From: Scenedesmus sp. PABB004
Lineage: Eukaryota
Length of the DNA: 64,000 bases
Assembly (NCBI GenBank): GCA_014905635.1
Contig: JABVCE010000019.1
Coordinates: 186,001-250,000, forward strand
Direction of reading: 5' to 3'
In this document: piece after piece, positions 24,111 through 39,125 of the stretch
Layout: every line of letters begins with the position of its first letter
How positions within the stretch are numbered: the stretch's first letter is position 1
Notes under the pieces: model-generated
Databases searched by the model: none
What the model saw: only the letters and a program-made list of their open reading frames with translations
What the model was told of the DNA's origin: nothing
Program-made: the position numbers and the translations under genes

Positions 24111-25248
24111 GCCCAAATGGCCGCGGGCAGCGCTGGGGCCCTGGCGGGGGATGCGCCAGAGCAGCAGCCCGGCAGCGCCCGGCCGCCCGGGGACCCGGCG
24201 TCCGCGGCCCCGGGCGGCTGGCGCCGCTGCGGCACTGGCCGCCGCTCGGGCCGGCCGCGGCGGCGGCAGCGGCAGCAGCGGGCGGCCGCTGCTGCTGCTG
24301 CTCGCCGGCAGCCGCCAGTCGGCGCGCGCCGCGGCGGCGGCCGGTCGGTGTGCCATGCTGAGCGGCAGCACGGCCGCCGCCGCCAGGCGCCGCCGGCAGC
24401 AACAGCGTGCGGCGCGCGTCGCTGCGCAGCGCCCGCCGCCGCCCGTGCAGCGTGCGGCGCGCGCGCGCTGCACGGGCGGCGGCGCCGGCGGCACACGGGC
24501 TGCCGCGGCCGGAGCGCGCCGGAGCGCTGCTGGAGCCCCCGGCATGTCTGTTTGTAGACCTTTCTAGACCTGCAGCGGCGGCAGTAGCGCACGAACGGGG
24601 GCGGCAGGGGCGGGCCGCGGGCGGGCGGGCGGGCGCGCGAGCGGCGGGCGCCGAGCGCTGCGGGGCGGCCGCGGCCGCGGGTAACTGATCGGGCGTCACA
24701 CAACGCCAAAACCCCGCCGCAACTTGGGTCCTCCGCACGCTCACAAACAAACAAACAACCACCTCGGCCGCGCGACGCACGCGCAGGCGCTCGTTCGTTC
24801 GCGCGAGCAACGCGTGGCTCACGGGCTGCCGCGCGCGTGCGTGCGTGACGTGCCGCCGCGCACGCGCGTGCCAGCTCACGGGTGGCTGGCGCACGCGCCG
24901 CCGCCCTCGGACTAGGGCACAGACCATGATGATGACCCCGCACGCTCGATCATCGCGGCCGCCGCTAATCATGCATGCATCGTTCATTTTTTATCGTTCA
25001 CTCATGCCCGCGCGCGAGATGCAAGCCCGCCCGGGCGCTGCCCCGCCCCGGCGCGTGGTGGGCCGGCCACGTGATGGTGACGGCATGGTGGCACAGCCGC
25101 GTGAGCTCACGTGAGCGCGTGGTGCCGTTAGTTCAGTGTCGGCGCGCAGGCAGGCACGCGGCTGGGAATCCCTCGAGCCCCCGGGTCAAAACAAAACGGC
25201 CGCGCGCCCCGACCGGCCATCAGCCTCGCGGCGAGCGAAGCGCGCCGG

Positions 25249-28998
<3,750 letters not shown>

Positions 28999-29184
28999 CG
29001 CGGCGCCCGCGCGGCGGCGGCGACGTCGGCGCCGGCGGGCGGGCGGCCCCTGCCGATCGCGCGCCGGAGCGGGGCCTGCTGCGGGGGGCTGCGGCGGGGC
29101 TGCTGGCTGTGCGTATGGAGGAGGGGGGCGCGAGCTTGGGAGCGGCGGGCGCCGGCGGCCGAGCGGGCGGCGTTGCGCTTCTAC

Positions 29185-29964
29185 TCAGCTCGCGCCGCCA
29201 GTCCCACCCGCCGCCGCGGCTCGCTCGCGCTCGCGCGCGCGCCGCGCCTCCTCCTCGGGCGGCGGCTGCCACCGCCGCTCGCCGCCGCCGCGCGCCGCGG
29301 CCTCCTCGCGCGCCGCCGCCGCGACTGCTTCGCGCGCCGCCGCGTCGCCGCCCGCGCCGCCCGCCGCGCTGCTGCTGCTGCCGCCGCTGCGCCAGGCGTT
29401 CATTGCCCGGAAGAGCCACCCCAGCACCGGGTCCGCCTCCTGCGCGCGCCAGCGCTCCGCGCTCTTGGCCGCGTCCTGCGCGCGCGGCAGCGGCGGGGCT
29501 CCCTCTGCGTGGCGCTGCGGCGCGCTCCCGGCGCGGCGCCTGCCTGCCGCCCCTGCGCGGCGCCAGCGGTGCGGCGGCGGCGCAGCGCCCGCGGCGCCTC
29601 GCCTGCTCCGCGCGGCAGGCGTTGAAGGCGGCAAACGCCTCGGCGCAGGGCTCCTTCTCGTAGCCGTGCGCGTCCAGGCCTGCGCGCGCCGCACCGGCGG
29701 CCGGCGGCGGCGCAGTGCTCAGCGCTGAGCTGAGCGCGCCGGCGGCGCGCGCTCCGCGCCTGCTCGCCGCCGCGGCGGCCGCCGCGGCCGCCGCGCCGGC
29801 CCGGGAGCGTGAGCGGCCTCCTGCGCCGCCGCGCTCACACGTCAGCGCCGCGCGGTACGTGTGATAGCAGGGGTCCCGCTTCATCGCCACGCCCGCGCCG
29901 CGCACATAGCCCGGCGCCGTGGGGTCGGCCGTGAGCGCCTGCTGCGCCCGCGTCGTCGCGCGGC

Positions 29965-30017
<53 letters not shown>

Positions 30018-30085
30018 TGCTGCTGAGTCTGCTGCTGCTGCTGTTCCTGCTGCTGCTGATGCTGATGCGACTGCTGCTGCCCCAT
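29185..30085 (-). CDS. Twin CX9C (CHCH) protein, COX23/CHCHD7-like, 3 exons
   Basis: Spliced RDP-C-YHTYRAALT-C-LDAHGYEKEP-C-AEAFAAFNA-C: two exact CX9C motifs 10 residues apart. Gln/Pro-rich N-terminus starting MGQQQS. TGA at 29187-29185. Confidence 0.75.
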
Positions 30086-30589
30086 GGCGGGGCCGGGCGC
30101 GCTCCGGCGGCGCCGCCGCTGCTGCTGCCGCTGCCGCCGCTGCCACTGCCGCTGCCGCTGCCGCCGCTGCCGGCAGCTGTAGTAGCTAGGCGGCCGCAGG
30201 CCGGCTTGAGGTCGGGGGGAGGACTGCGGCGGCGGCGGCGGCGGCGGCGGACGGCGGCGCAAGGCCTCGGGCTCGTCGCGGCGCTTCAGCGGCCGATCGC
30301 CGCGCCGGGTGTTCCTTTGTTGCAGCGGCGCGCCCAGACCTCCGCTTACGGGCACTAGAGCCACGCCGATCGCCTGCACGCGCTTGTTCGCCTGCGCTCC
30401 GCGCACGAGCAGCAGCGGCGGCGACCGCTCCGCCAACCGCCGCCGCGGAGCCGCCAGGGCGCAGCGGCGCCCAGGGCGGCCGGCAGACCGCCCGCGTGGT
30501 CCGGCGCAGCCCCACCCCCACGCAGCGGCGCTGCGCGCTCGTCTCGCTGCGCGAGCGCGTGGCAGCAGCAGCGGCGGGCGCTGCTCACT

Positions 30590-31870
30590 ATGGACGGGCC
30601 GGCGCCTCCAGAGGCGCCCGCGCCGGCGCAGCAGCAGCAGCAGCAGCAGGAGCAGCAGGAGCAGCAGCAGGAGCAGCAGCAGCCGGCACCGCCCGCGCCC
30701 TCCGCAATCGCGCCGCCCTCGGCGAAGGAGCCGCCCGCTGCGCCGCAGCCGCCCGCGCCGCAGCCGCCCGCTGCGCCGCTGCCAGCCGGCGCGGGCGCGG
30801 GCGCGGGCGTGGGCGCGGCCGCGGCCAGCGGCGGGGACCCGCGCTTTGAAAAGTGCGGCTTTGCGAAGCTCGTGGGCGAGGGCGGGTTCGAGCACTATCT
30901 AAAGAAGTATGAAATCACGCTCGGCCGCCGCAGCAAGGTGCGCGCGCGGCGCTGCCGGCGGGGCCGCCGGCTGCGGTGCGCGCGGCCGCCCGCCGACACA
31001 CGCGCCGCGCACGCGGCGCGCAGGCCGGCGCCGTGGACGTCGCGCTCGGGGACTCGCCGCTGCTCAGCCGCAAGCACGCGCGCATCGCCTTCAACTTTGC
31101 CACGCAGCGCTGGGAGCTGCGCGTCGAGGTGCGCGCCCGGCGCGGCGCAGCCGCGGCGTGGGGCGCGGGTCGCACGCCGGCGGCGGCGGCACGGCGGGGC
31201 CGCGCTGCGCGCCCGACCTGGCGCTGACGCCCGGGCGTCGCGCCGCCCCGCCCTGTGCCAGGGCAAGAACGGGGTCTGCGTGAACGGCGCCCTCTTCACT
31301 CCCGGGAGCCCGCCCGCGGCGCTGCAGAGCCAGGACCTGCTGCAGGCGCGCCGCGCGGCCCCCGTGCCACCCCGCGCGGCGCCGCGCCGCGCCGCACCGC
31401 GCTGTGCTATGTGCTGCGCCGGCGGGCACGCGCGCGGGCCTCGCACGCGCCTGCTGTGCGCCTGCCGGCTCGCTCACGCTCCTGCCGCCCCGCTCCGGCG
31501 GGGCGCCCCGCGCGCGCAGGCCGGGGACGCGAGCCTTTACTTCCTGCTGCCGAAGCAGCCCCGCAAGCGCGCGGCGCCCAAGCCCAAGGCCGCCTCGCCG
31601 CCGCCCGGCGGCGCCCCGGCCGACGCCGGCGCGCCGGCGGCGGCGCTCGCGGCCGCGGCGGGCGGCGACGCCGCCGCGCCGCCGCCGCCGGGCGGCAGCC
31701 CGCGCCTGGGCGGCACGCCGCCGTCGGCGGCGGGCTTTGGCGCGCCGCTGCTGGCGGGCGCGTCGCCGCTGCTCGGCGGCGGCGGGGGCGGCGAGCTGGG
31801 CGCGCTTGCGCCGCTGGACGGCGCGCTGGGGCTCGCGGGGGAGGACGGCGTGGTGGGCATGGAGGAGTGA
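30590..31870 (+). CDS. FHA-domain protein, plant FHA2-like, 4 exons
   Basis: GFAKLVG...YEITLGRRSK/AGAVDVALG...SRKHARIAFNF...E/GKNGVCVNG...LQSQDLLQ/AGDASLYFLLP. The FHA GR, SRxH and NG motifs are present. Confidence 0.85.
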   Translation: MDGPAPPEAPAPAQQQQQQQEQQEQQQEQQQPAPPAPSAIAPPSAKEPPAAPQPPAPQPPAAPLPAGAGAGAGVGAAAASGGDPRFEKCGFAKLVGEGGFEHYLKKYEITLGRRSKVRARRCRRGRRLRCARPPADTRAAHAARRPAPWTSRSGTRRCSAASTRASPSTLPRSAGSCASRCAPGAAQPRRGARVARRRRRHGGAALRARPGADARASRRPALCQGKNGVCVNGALFTPGSPPAALQSQDLLQARRAAPVPPRAAPRRAAPRCAMCCAGGHARGPRTRLLCACRLAHAPAAPLRRGAPRAQAGDASLYFLLPKQPRKRAAPKPKAASPPPGGAPADAGAPAAALAAAAGGDAAAPPPPGGSPRLGGTPPSAAGFGAPLLAGASPLLGGGGGGELGALAPLDGALGLAGEDGVVGMEE

Positions 31871-32005
31871 GGAGCGGCGCGCGCGCCGTGACTGTTGTGT
31901 ATGAGCTCCACTGTTGTGACGCCCAGCAACGACGCGGCCGCCGCGGCCGGCGCGCAAGCACGAGGAGGCCGCAGCAGCGTAACACGCTGGGACGGCACCG
32001 CGCCC

Positions 32006-32049
32006 TCACTGCGGCGCGCCGCCCCCGCCCCCGCCGCCGCCGCCGCCGC

Positions 32050-32088
<39 letters not shown>

Positions 32089-32717
32089 GCCCCGCGAGGC
32101 CGGGCAGCTTCTTGTTGAACTTGATCTTCAGCCGCATCTTGCCCGGCCCGCCGGCTGCGGCGGCACGGCAAGAGGCGGCGGCGCGCGTGGGCGAGTGAGC
32201 GGCGCGGGCAGAGGGGGGCGGGGGGTGGCGCGCGCAGCGCACGTGCTGCCCGGCGCCCCCGCAGCCGCGCGGCGAGCGCACCCGTGGCGGCGGTGCCGCC
32301 CATGGACATGCTCGCGCCGCCCATGCTCGCGCTCGGCGCCGGCGCGGGGCAGCTCGCGGCTGGCCGCCCGCCGGCGCCGGCGCCGGCGCCGGCGCCGGCG
32401 CCGGGCGCGAGCGCGGGGTGCAGGTGCGGCGGCAGCGCGACGCCACCGCTGCCCTGGCTGGCCCCGCTGGCGGCGGGGCGCGCGCCCGCGGCCGGCGGCG
32501 GCGGCGAGGGGCCGCGCGGCCGCTTGGCCGCCTTGGCGCCGCCCGCGCTCGCGTCGCTGCCTGCCGGGCCGCCCGAGCTCGCCGGCTGCTGCTGGCGCTG
32601 CCGCTTCAGCGCCTGCCGCGCCGCGCCCAGGGCCGCCTCGGGGACCGGCTGCGCCGCGGCCGCCGCGCCGTCCTGCGCCGCGGCCGCCGCCGCCGCCGCA
32701 GCCGCGGCCTCGGCCGC

Positions 32718-32763
<46 letters not shown>

Positions 32764-34211
32764 TGCTGCTGCTTCTGCTGCGTGGCAGCGGCCGCGGCCG
32801 CCGCCGCTGCGGCCGCCTCTGCCTGCTGCCGCTCCCGCTCCAGCTCGGCTCTGCTCTTGGGCAGCCGCGCCTGAGGGTACCTGCGGCGGCGGCCGTGGGC
32901 GGACGCGCGCGAGCCGCCGCGCCGCGGCCGCGGGGTCGGCCGTGGCCGCGCCCCGGCGCGCGAGGCCCCGCGCACACAAGTACCTGCGCAGCACATGCAT
33001 GATGATGTTGTCGGTCTTCACCCAGCGCTCGTGCTCCGCGCCGCTGAGCACCTCCGGCACCGGGACCGGCCTGGGCGCGGACGGCGGCGCGCCCGGCGCG
33101 GCGGCGCCGGCCGCCGCCGCGGCGGCGCCGCCGAGCGCGAGCCCGCCGCCCGCCGGCGCCGCGTCGTCGTCCGCGTCCGCCGCCGCGACGCGGTCGAGCT
33201 GCGCCTGCTGCAGCGCCTCCTGCTCGCGCAGGTGCTCGCGCAGCACCTTGGGCAGCGGCGCGAGGTCGGCCTGGCGTGGCGGGGGGGGGGGGGGGGGGGC
33301 GGGCGGCGGCGGCGGCGGCAGGGCATGGGTGGTGGCGGTCCGCACGCGGCGCCCCCTCCTTGCCAGCCGCCCCTCCTGTGGCGGCCCCTGGCACGCAGGG
33401 CCGCGGCCGGCGGGGGAGGGCGCCGCGCACCTTGAAGCGCGCGAAGCCCTCGTGCACATGGTGCATCGCGCGGCGCAGCCGCGCCGACACAACCGCGTGC
33501 AGGCTGGGCGCCTGCGGCGGGCGGCGCGCGGCGGGGCGGCGTCGCTCGAGCCCGACGCCCGCGGCGCCGCGCCGCCCCACGCTCGCCAGGGACGGTGCGC
33601 ACACGCGCGTCTCGATTGACCGCGCGCCGGCGCGCAGCGCTGCTCCAGGGCCTCCCTGCCTCCCTCCCTCCCCCCGGCCGCGCGCAGCGCACCGCACCTG
33701 GTAGGTGAAGCGCTGCCCGCCCAGGATGTAGTAGTAGGCTTGCACCGCCGTGCGCACCGGGTGCGCCGACGTGCGCACCTGCCGGCGCACGACAAAGAGG
33801 TGCGGCTCGGCCGCCTGCGCGAGCGCAAACTCGGTCGTGTGCAGCGGCATCGCGCTGCGGCGGCGCGGCGGCGGCGCGCGCGTCAGCCGCGGCGGCGGCG
33901 GGCAGCGCGCTGCGCTGCGGCATCGGGCGGCTCCGGCCGGGCGCGGCGCGCGGGGGCGCGCGCGCGCGCGGCGCAGCGCGCCTCAGGTGTGCCTCATTGG
34001 AGGGGTCGAGCCGGCGCGCGCGCGCGGCGTGGTTGTTGGACGCGGGGTCGTAGAAGGGCGAGAATTCAAAGTACTGCAGCGCCGTGGCGCGGTCCAGGGG
34101 GTTGTAGGGGTAGGCCGGGTCGCTCCAGCGCTGGTGCGCGGCGCCGTCGCCGCCGTCGACGCGCACGGGCGGCGGCGCCGCCGGCGCCGGCGGCGCCGCC
34201 GGCGCGGCCAT
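32006..34211 (-). CDS. MED6: Mediator of RNA polymerase II transcription subunit 6, with a low-complexity C-terminal extension
   Basis: ALQYFEFSPFYDPASNN, EPHLFVVRRQVR, YYYILGG..TYQ/APSLHAVVSARLRRAMHH are MED6 family motifs. The last exon MRLKIKFNKK... ends at 32006. Confidence 0.85.
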
Positions 34212-35028
34212 CGCGCGGCGCGGCCTCTGGCGGGGCGCGACGGGGCCCAGGAGGAGGGGGGAGGGGGGCGTCGGCGGGGAGGGCCGCGGCACAGGCGTCG
34301 GCGCCCGGGCGCGGCGGTTGCCGCGCGGCCGCGCGAGGGCAGCGGCGGCGCGGAGCGCTCGTCGGGCGGCGCCGCGCGGCCCCGTGCGCGTGCCCGGTGT
34401 CAAGGGCGCAGATCGCGGCGCGGGGGCGCGGGCTGGCGCCGGGACAGGGCGGGGCGGCGGCGCAGGCGAGCGGAGCTACTGCTCCGCCGGCCCCGGCTCA
34501 CCGATGCTGCCCAGGCGGGCCCCGCTGCGCCTCGAGTCGGTAACCTGGACCCGGGAGAGCGCGGGGCGGAAGCGCAGGGGCGGCGCCGAGCGGCGGCGGC
34601 GGCGGTGCTGGGTGCGGCGCGGAGGGCGCAGCGGCGGCGGCGAAGCAGCGCGCCGGCGGCGCGGCGAGAAGCGAGGGTGCGGGGTGCGGGAACTGCGGTG
34701 GGAGTGCCGCGCTCTGGGCCCGCCCCTGCAACGCGTGCCGTCGATGAACCCTTGCTCGTGTGACAGCTCAAGCGACGCGCCGGAGGTCGCCGCGCCGCCG
34801 CCCCCTGTTGCTGCGCACACCCACGGCTCCCGCTCCCCAGCTCACGCGCCGCCGCCGTCCGTCCACGCCGACAGCCCCACCGCGCCGCGGCGCGCCTGCG
34901 ACCGGCGCAGCAGCAGCAGCGAGCGCCGCCGCTGCCGGCCGTCCGGGGGGCGCAGCGGGCGCTGGATCGCGGGAATCTGCGCAGCACGTGGTGGCGCACG
35001 GGGGACGCAGCGCGGACCGCGGGACGCC

Positions 35029-36578
35029 ATGCCGCGCGCCACGACGCTCGCCAAGACTGGGGCACATGAGGAGGGCGTCTGGGCTGTGGCGTGGCTGCCG
35101 GGCGCCCACTCCCTGCTCACGGGCAGCGTGGACGAGAGCGTGAAGCTGTGGAGCGCCGCCGACGACAAGCTGGCCTGCGGGCACACCTACACGGGGCAGG
35201 CGCTCGGCGTGATCTCGCTGGACGTCTCCGGCGGCCACGCGGTGTCCTCCTCCATCGACTCCACCATCCGGGTGTTCGGCGTCGACGGCGACAAGAGCGT
35301 GAAGCACATCATCGAGCGCCAGCCGACCGAGAGCTGGGGCGCCGCGTTCGGCACCGTCACCGAGAGCAGCACGCAGCTCGCGGTCGCGGGCGGCAGCAAG
35401 GGCCAGGCCCTCACCTACCGCGGCTCCGAGGAGGAGCCCGGCCTGGAGCTGGCCCTCGACCTGCCGGCGGTGCGCGGCGGCGCGCGCACGCGCGGGGCGC
35501 GTACGCGCGGCCGGCCGCGGCGGCCGCCGCGCGTCGCGACTCACGGCCCCGCCGCCCGCTGCACCCGCGGCCGCGCGCAGCCCGAGGGCGCCGGCGGCGC
35601 CAAGAAGGAGCGGTTCGTGCTGTGCGTGGCCTTCAGCCCAGGTGGGGCGGGCGGCCGGCCGGCGACAGCTCAGCGCCGGCCGTCGGCGGCGGCGCAAGTC
35701 CGCGGCGCAGGCCGCCGCCGACGCGCCGCGCCCGCCGTGTGCGCGCAGACAAGCGCCTGCTCGCCGCCGGCGCGATGGACGGCACGGTCGCGGTGTGGGA
35801 CCTCGGGTCGGGCGGGCAGCTGCTGCACATGGCCGGCCTGAAGGGCCACCACAAGCCTGTGCGCAAGCTCGCATTCACGCCCGGTGCGACGCTGACGTCC
35901 CGCGTCCCCGCGCCGCCCGCGTTGCCCGCGCGCGCCGCCGCGCGCCCGCTCGCGCCGTCGCGCCGCTGCGCCCCGCCGCACTGAGACCCATGCCGCCGCC
36001 GACGCCGCGCGCCGACACGGTCAGACTCGAAGCTGCTGCTGACGGCGTGCGATGACATGCACACCAACCTGTATGACGTTCACCAGGGCGCCCTGGTCGA
36101 CTCCTTCTCGGGTGCGCGGCGCGTCGCCGCGCGGCGGGCCAGCCGCGCCGCCGGCGTGCGCCGCCCTGCGCCGGGGCCCGGGCGCGGCGCGCGCGCGTCG
36201 TCGTGACGTCTCCGGCCGCCGCCGCCGCCGCCGCCACGGCCGCAGGCCACGAGTCGTGGGTGCTGGACGTCGCGGTGCACCCTGAGGGCGGCGTGTTTGC
36301 GACGGCGAGCAGCGACGCCAAGGTGCGCGGCGCGGCAGCCCCCCGCCCACCGCGCGGCGCAGCAGCGGCCGCCTGGCCCGCGCCCATGCCTTCGCTCCCG
36401 CGCCGCGCCGCCGCGCCGCGCGGCGCAGGTCCAGCTCTGGGAGCTGTCGAGCCGCAGCCTGGTGCAGACGATCGGCGAGCACAGCGACCAGGTGTGGGGC
36501 GTCGCGTTCAGCAGCGACGGCACGCGGCTCGCGAGCGTGGGTGACGACAAGCAGCTGGTGCTGTACAGCGTAGCGTGA
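35029..36578 (+). CDS. SKI8: WD40 protein SKI8/WDR61/VIP3
   Basis: AHEEGVWAVAW, LLTGSVDESVKLW, GQALGVISLD, SSSIDSTIRVF, GHHKPVRKLAF, LLTACDDMHTNLYDV, GHESWVLDVA, EHSDQVWGVAF, LASVGDDK. Confidence 0.88.
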
Positions 36579-36839
36579 ACCTGCCCGGCGTGCAGCGGGG
36601 CGCGCGCGCCGCGCGGCGGGGTGTGCGCGCCGGCGCGAGTTGAGAGAGCGAACCCTCGGCGTTGAACAGCAGAGCCTGTGTGGAGTCGCGGCCGCGGGCT
36701 GTGTGCAACCGTCTCCGCGTGTCGCGTGTCGCTGCCGCGCGTGGGCCGCGCGCCGGGGCAGCCGCCGCCCAGGGCTGTTACCAGCGGCGCGGGCCGCGCT
36801 GCGTCCGCCGCGCGGCTCCGCGGCGCCCGCCCCGCGCGC

Positions 36840-38892
36840 TCAGCAGCACGCCGTGGCCAGGAACTCGACCGCCGCCTCGACGTCGCAGTTGCACTCGCGC
36901 AGCGCGTCCAGCGCCTTGGCCCGGCTGTACCCCATCTCACCGAGCTGCGCGACGCCCGCCTCCAGCGCGACCTGCGCGCCGGCGGGGCGTGGACGCGCCG
37001 CGCGTGGACGCGCCGCGGGCGCGGCGCGGGCGCGGCACGGCACGGCGCGCTGAACGCGCCGCCGGGCGACGTGCAGCGCCGCACACACACCTGCATGAGC
37101 TCCTGCAGCATGCCGCCGCCGTCGCCGCCGCCGCGGTCGCCGCCGCGCCGGCCGCCGCCGCGCCGCGCCGCCGCGCGCTGCAGGAACGAGGCCTCGCTGT
37201 CCGGCGCGCCGTCGTCGTCGTCGCCGTCGTCCAACTGCGGGCCCCTGCCGCCGCGCGCGCGCTTCTTCGCTGCGCCGGGCGCCTTGCCGCCCGCGGACCT
37301 GCGAGGGGTGGCGCGGCGAGCGAGGGCGCGGCTCGCCGCCCGCCGCGCTGCCGGCGGGCGCGAGCCATCCCTCGCGACGCCGCACCTGCTGCCGGCCTTG
37401 CCGCTGCCCTTGCCGCCGCCGCCCTTGCCGACGCGGCCGCCCGGCCGCAGCAGCAGGTTGGCCCTGCCCGGCCGGTTCTCTCTGCGGGCCGGCCGGCGGC
37501 GGCGCGTGTCGCGTCAGGCGGCCCTGCCGCGGGCCGCGCGCCGGCGCCTCTCCCCCGGCCGCCCCCCGCCGGCCGGCGCGCACTTGGCGTCGCTGCCGTC
37601 CGAGTCGGCCACGCCCGCGGCGGCGCCCGCCGCCGCCGCCACCGCCGGCAGGCCTTGCAACACCCAGCTCGGCGGCTGCGCCTGCTGCGCCTGCTGCACG
37701 TACGTCGCCTGCGCCGCCAGCCCCGGCTGCGCCGCCGCGCGCGCCAGCAGCTGCGCCAGGCGCGCGTGCAGCGCGCACACCAGCAGCTGCTTCTGCTGCG
37801 TCGGCAGCTGATCGGCGTCGCACTCTGCGGCGCGGGGCGAGCGTGGGCAACCGGCAGCGGCGGCTGCAGCGCGGCACGGCCTTGCGAGCGCGCGCTCCCG
37901 CCCCGCAGCCTGCCCCGCTGCCGCCGCCGACCCTGCTGCCGCGCCGCGCGCGCGCACCCATGATGTCGAGGTCTGCCGGCAGCGGCTGCACCGCCGGCGG
38001 CGCGCCGGCCGCGGGCCGCGCCGCCTGCGCCGCCGCCGCCGCCAGCTCCTCCAGCGCCGCCTCGGCCTCGCGCTGCTGCTCCGCCGTCAGCTCATACCTT
38101 GGGCGCGGCGGGCGGGCGGCGGGCGCGCTCGCTGAGCGCCGAGGGGCGGGCTAGGCGTCGCATGCGCCGGCGCTGCTGCCTTTGCTGCCGCCCCGCCGTG
38201 AGGCGAGCCCACAGTCATGTCTCACTTGGCCTTGACCTCCTGGTGCCACTGCAGCCGCATCTCCTTCGTCGGGTTGGCTGCGGCGGCGCGGGCGCGGGCG
38301 CGCGGCGGTGGTGGGCGCGGCGCCGACGCGTCGCAGCGGCGGCGGCGGGCGGCGCGGTGCGCGCGCGCGCGTGCGCGCGCGCCGCTCACGGCCGCTCCAG
38401 ATGACGAGTCCGTTCTTCCGCACGGCGTCGGCCTTGGCGTCGTTGTCGGCGCGCACGCGGTCGACGTCGACACGCAGGCCGGAGAACGCTGCGGCGCGCG
38501 CGCCGTGTGCACCGCGTGCGGCGTGGGGCGGCGGCTCGCCTACGCGCGAGGGATGCCCGCGCGCCGCCCGCAGCGGCGCGCGCGCACGCGCACCCGCCAG
38601 GCTCTGCTGCCCCAGCAGGCGCTGCGTGGCGCCGTTGAGCTGCTGCACGAGCTTGCCCGGCAGCAGCCCGGTCGCCTGGATCGCCACCCACTGGCCCACG
38701 CCGTGCTTCATGATGCACAGCTTGAGGATGAGGCACTCCTCCTTGGTCCAGCCGGGGCTGGGCGTGAAGTTCCAGCTGGCGGCGGCGGCGCGGCGCGGTT
38801 GGTGCGGCGCCGCGCTGCTGCTGCGGCGCCGGCAGCGCGGCGGCGCCTCACAGCGACGCGGCGTCGCCGATCTTGGGGCCGCGCTTGTCCAT
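36840..38892 (-). CDS. Probable p1 (AMTP1)-like subunit of the MTA1c/AMT1 DNA N6-adenine methyltransferase complex, with a C-terminal UBA domain; 8 exons
   Basis: Spliced KIGDAASLWNFTPSPGWTKEECLILKLCIMKHGVGQWVAIQATGLLPGKLVQQLNGATQRLLGQQSLAAFSGLRVDVDRV...RKNGLVIWSGPNPT matches my recollection of the ciliate p1 Myb/HTH-like core. The last exon VAQLGEMGYSRAKALDALRECNCDVEAAVEFL is a UBA domain. Intron phases are consistent throughout. Confidence 0.72.
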
Positions 38893-39125
38893 GGTGCGCG
38901 AGCGAGCGCCGCGCGGGCGCCGGGCAGCAGCAGTGGCGGGCGCCGAGCAGCGGGCGGCGCGGCCGTGTCGAGCAGCGGCGGCGCCGTGCGTCGTCTGCGC
39001 GGGCGTCCGACGAGCGGTGTGGTGGCCACCGACGGGAGCGGAGAAGGGGCGGGGGCGCCTCACCAGCTGCGTCAGAATTCAAAGCGCCGCGTCTCAACTC
39101 GCTCAACCGCCCGCCGCCGCACGGC

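Noticed and set aside
24111..25248. Possible ncRNA or gene in the convergent intergenic region
   Set aside because: No tRNA, snRNA or rRNA motif recognised. The AT-richer patch near 24920-25010 fits 3' UTR/termination sequence.
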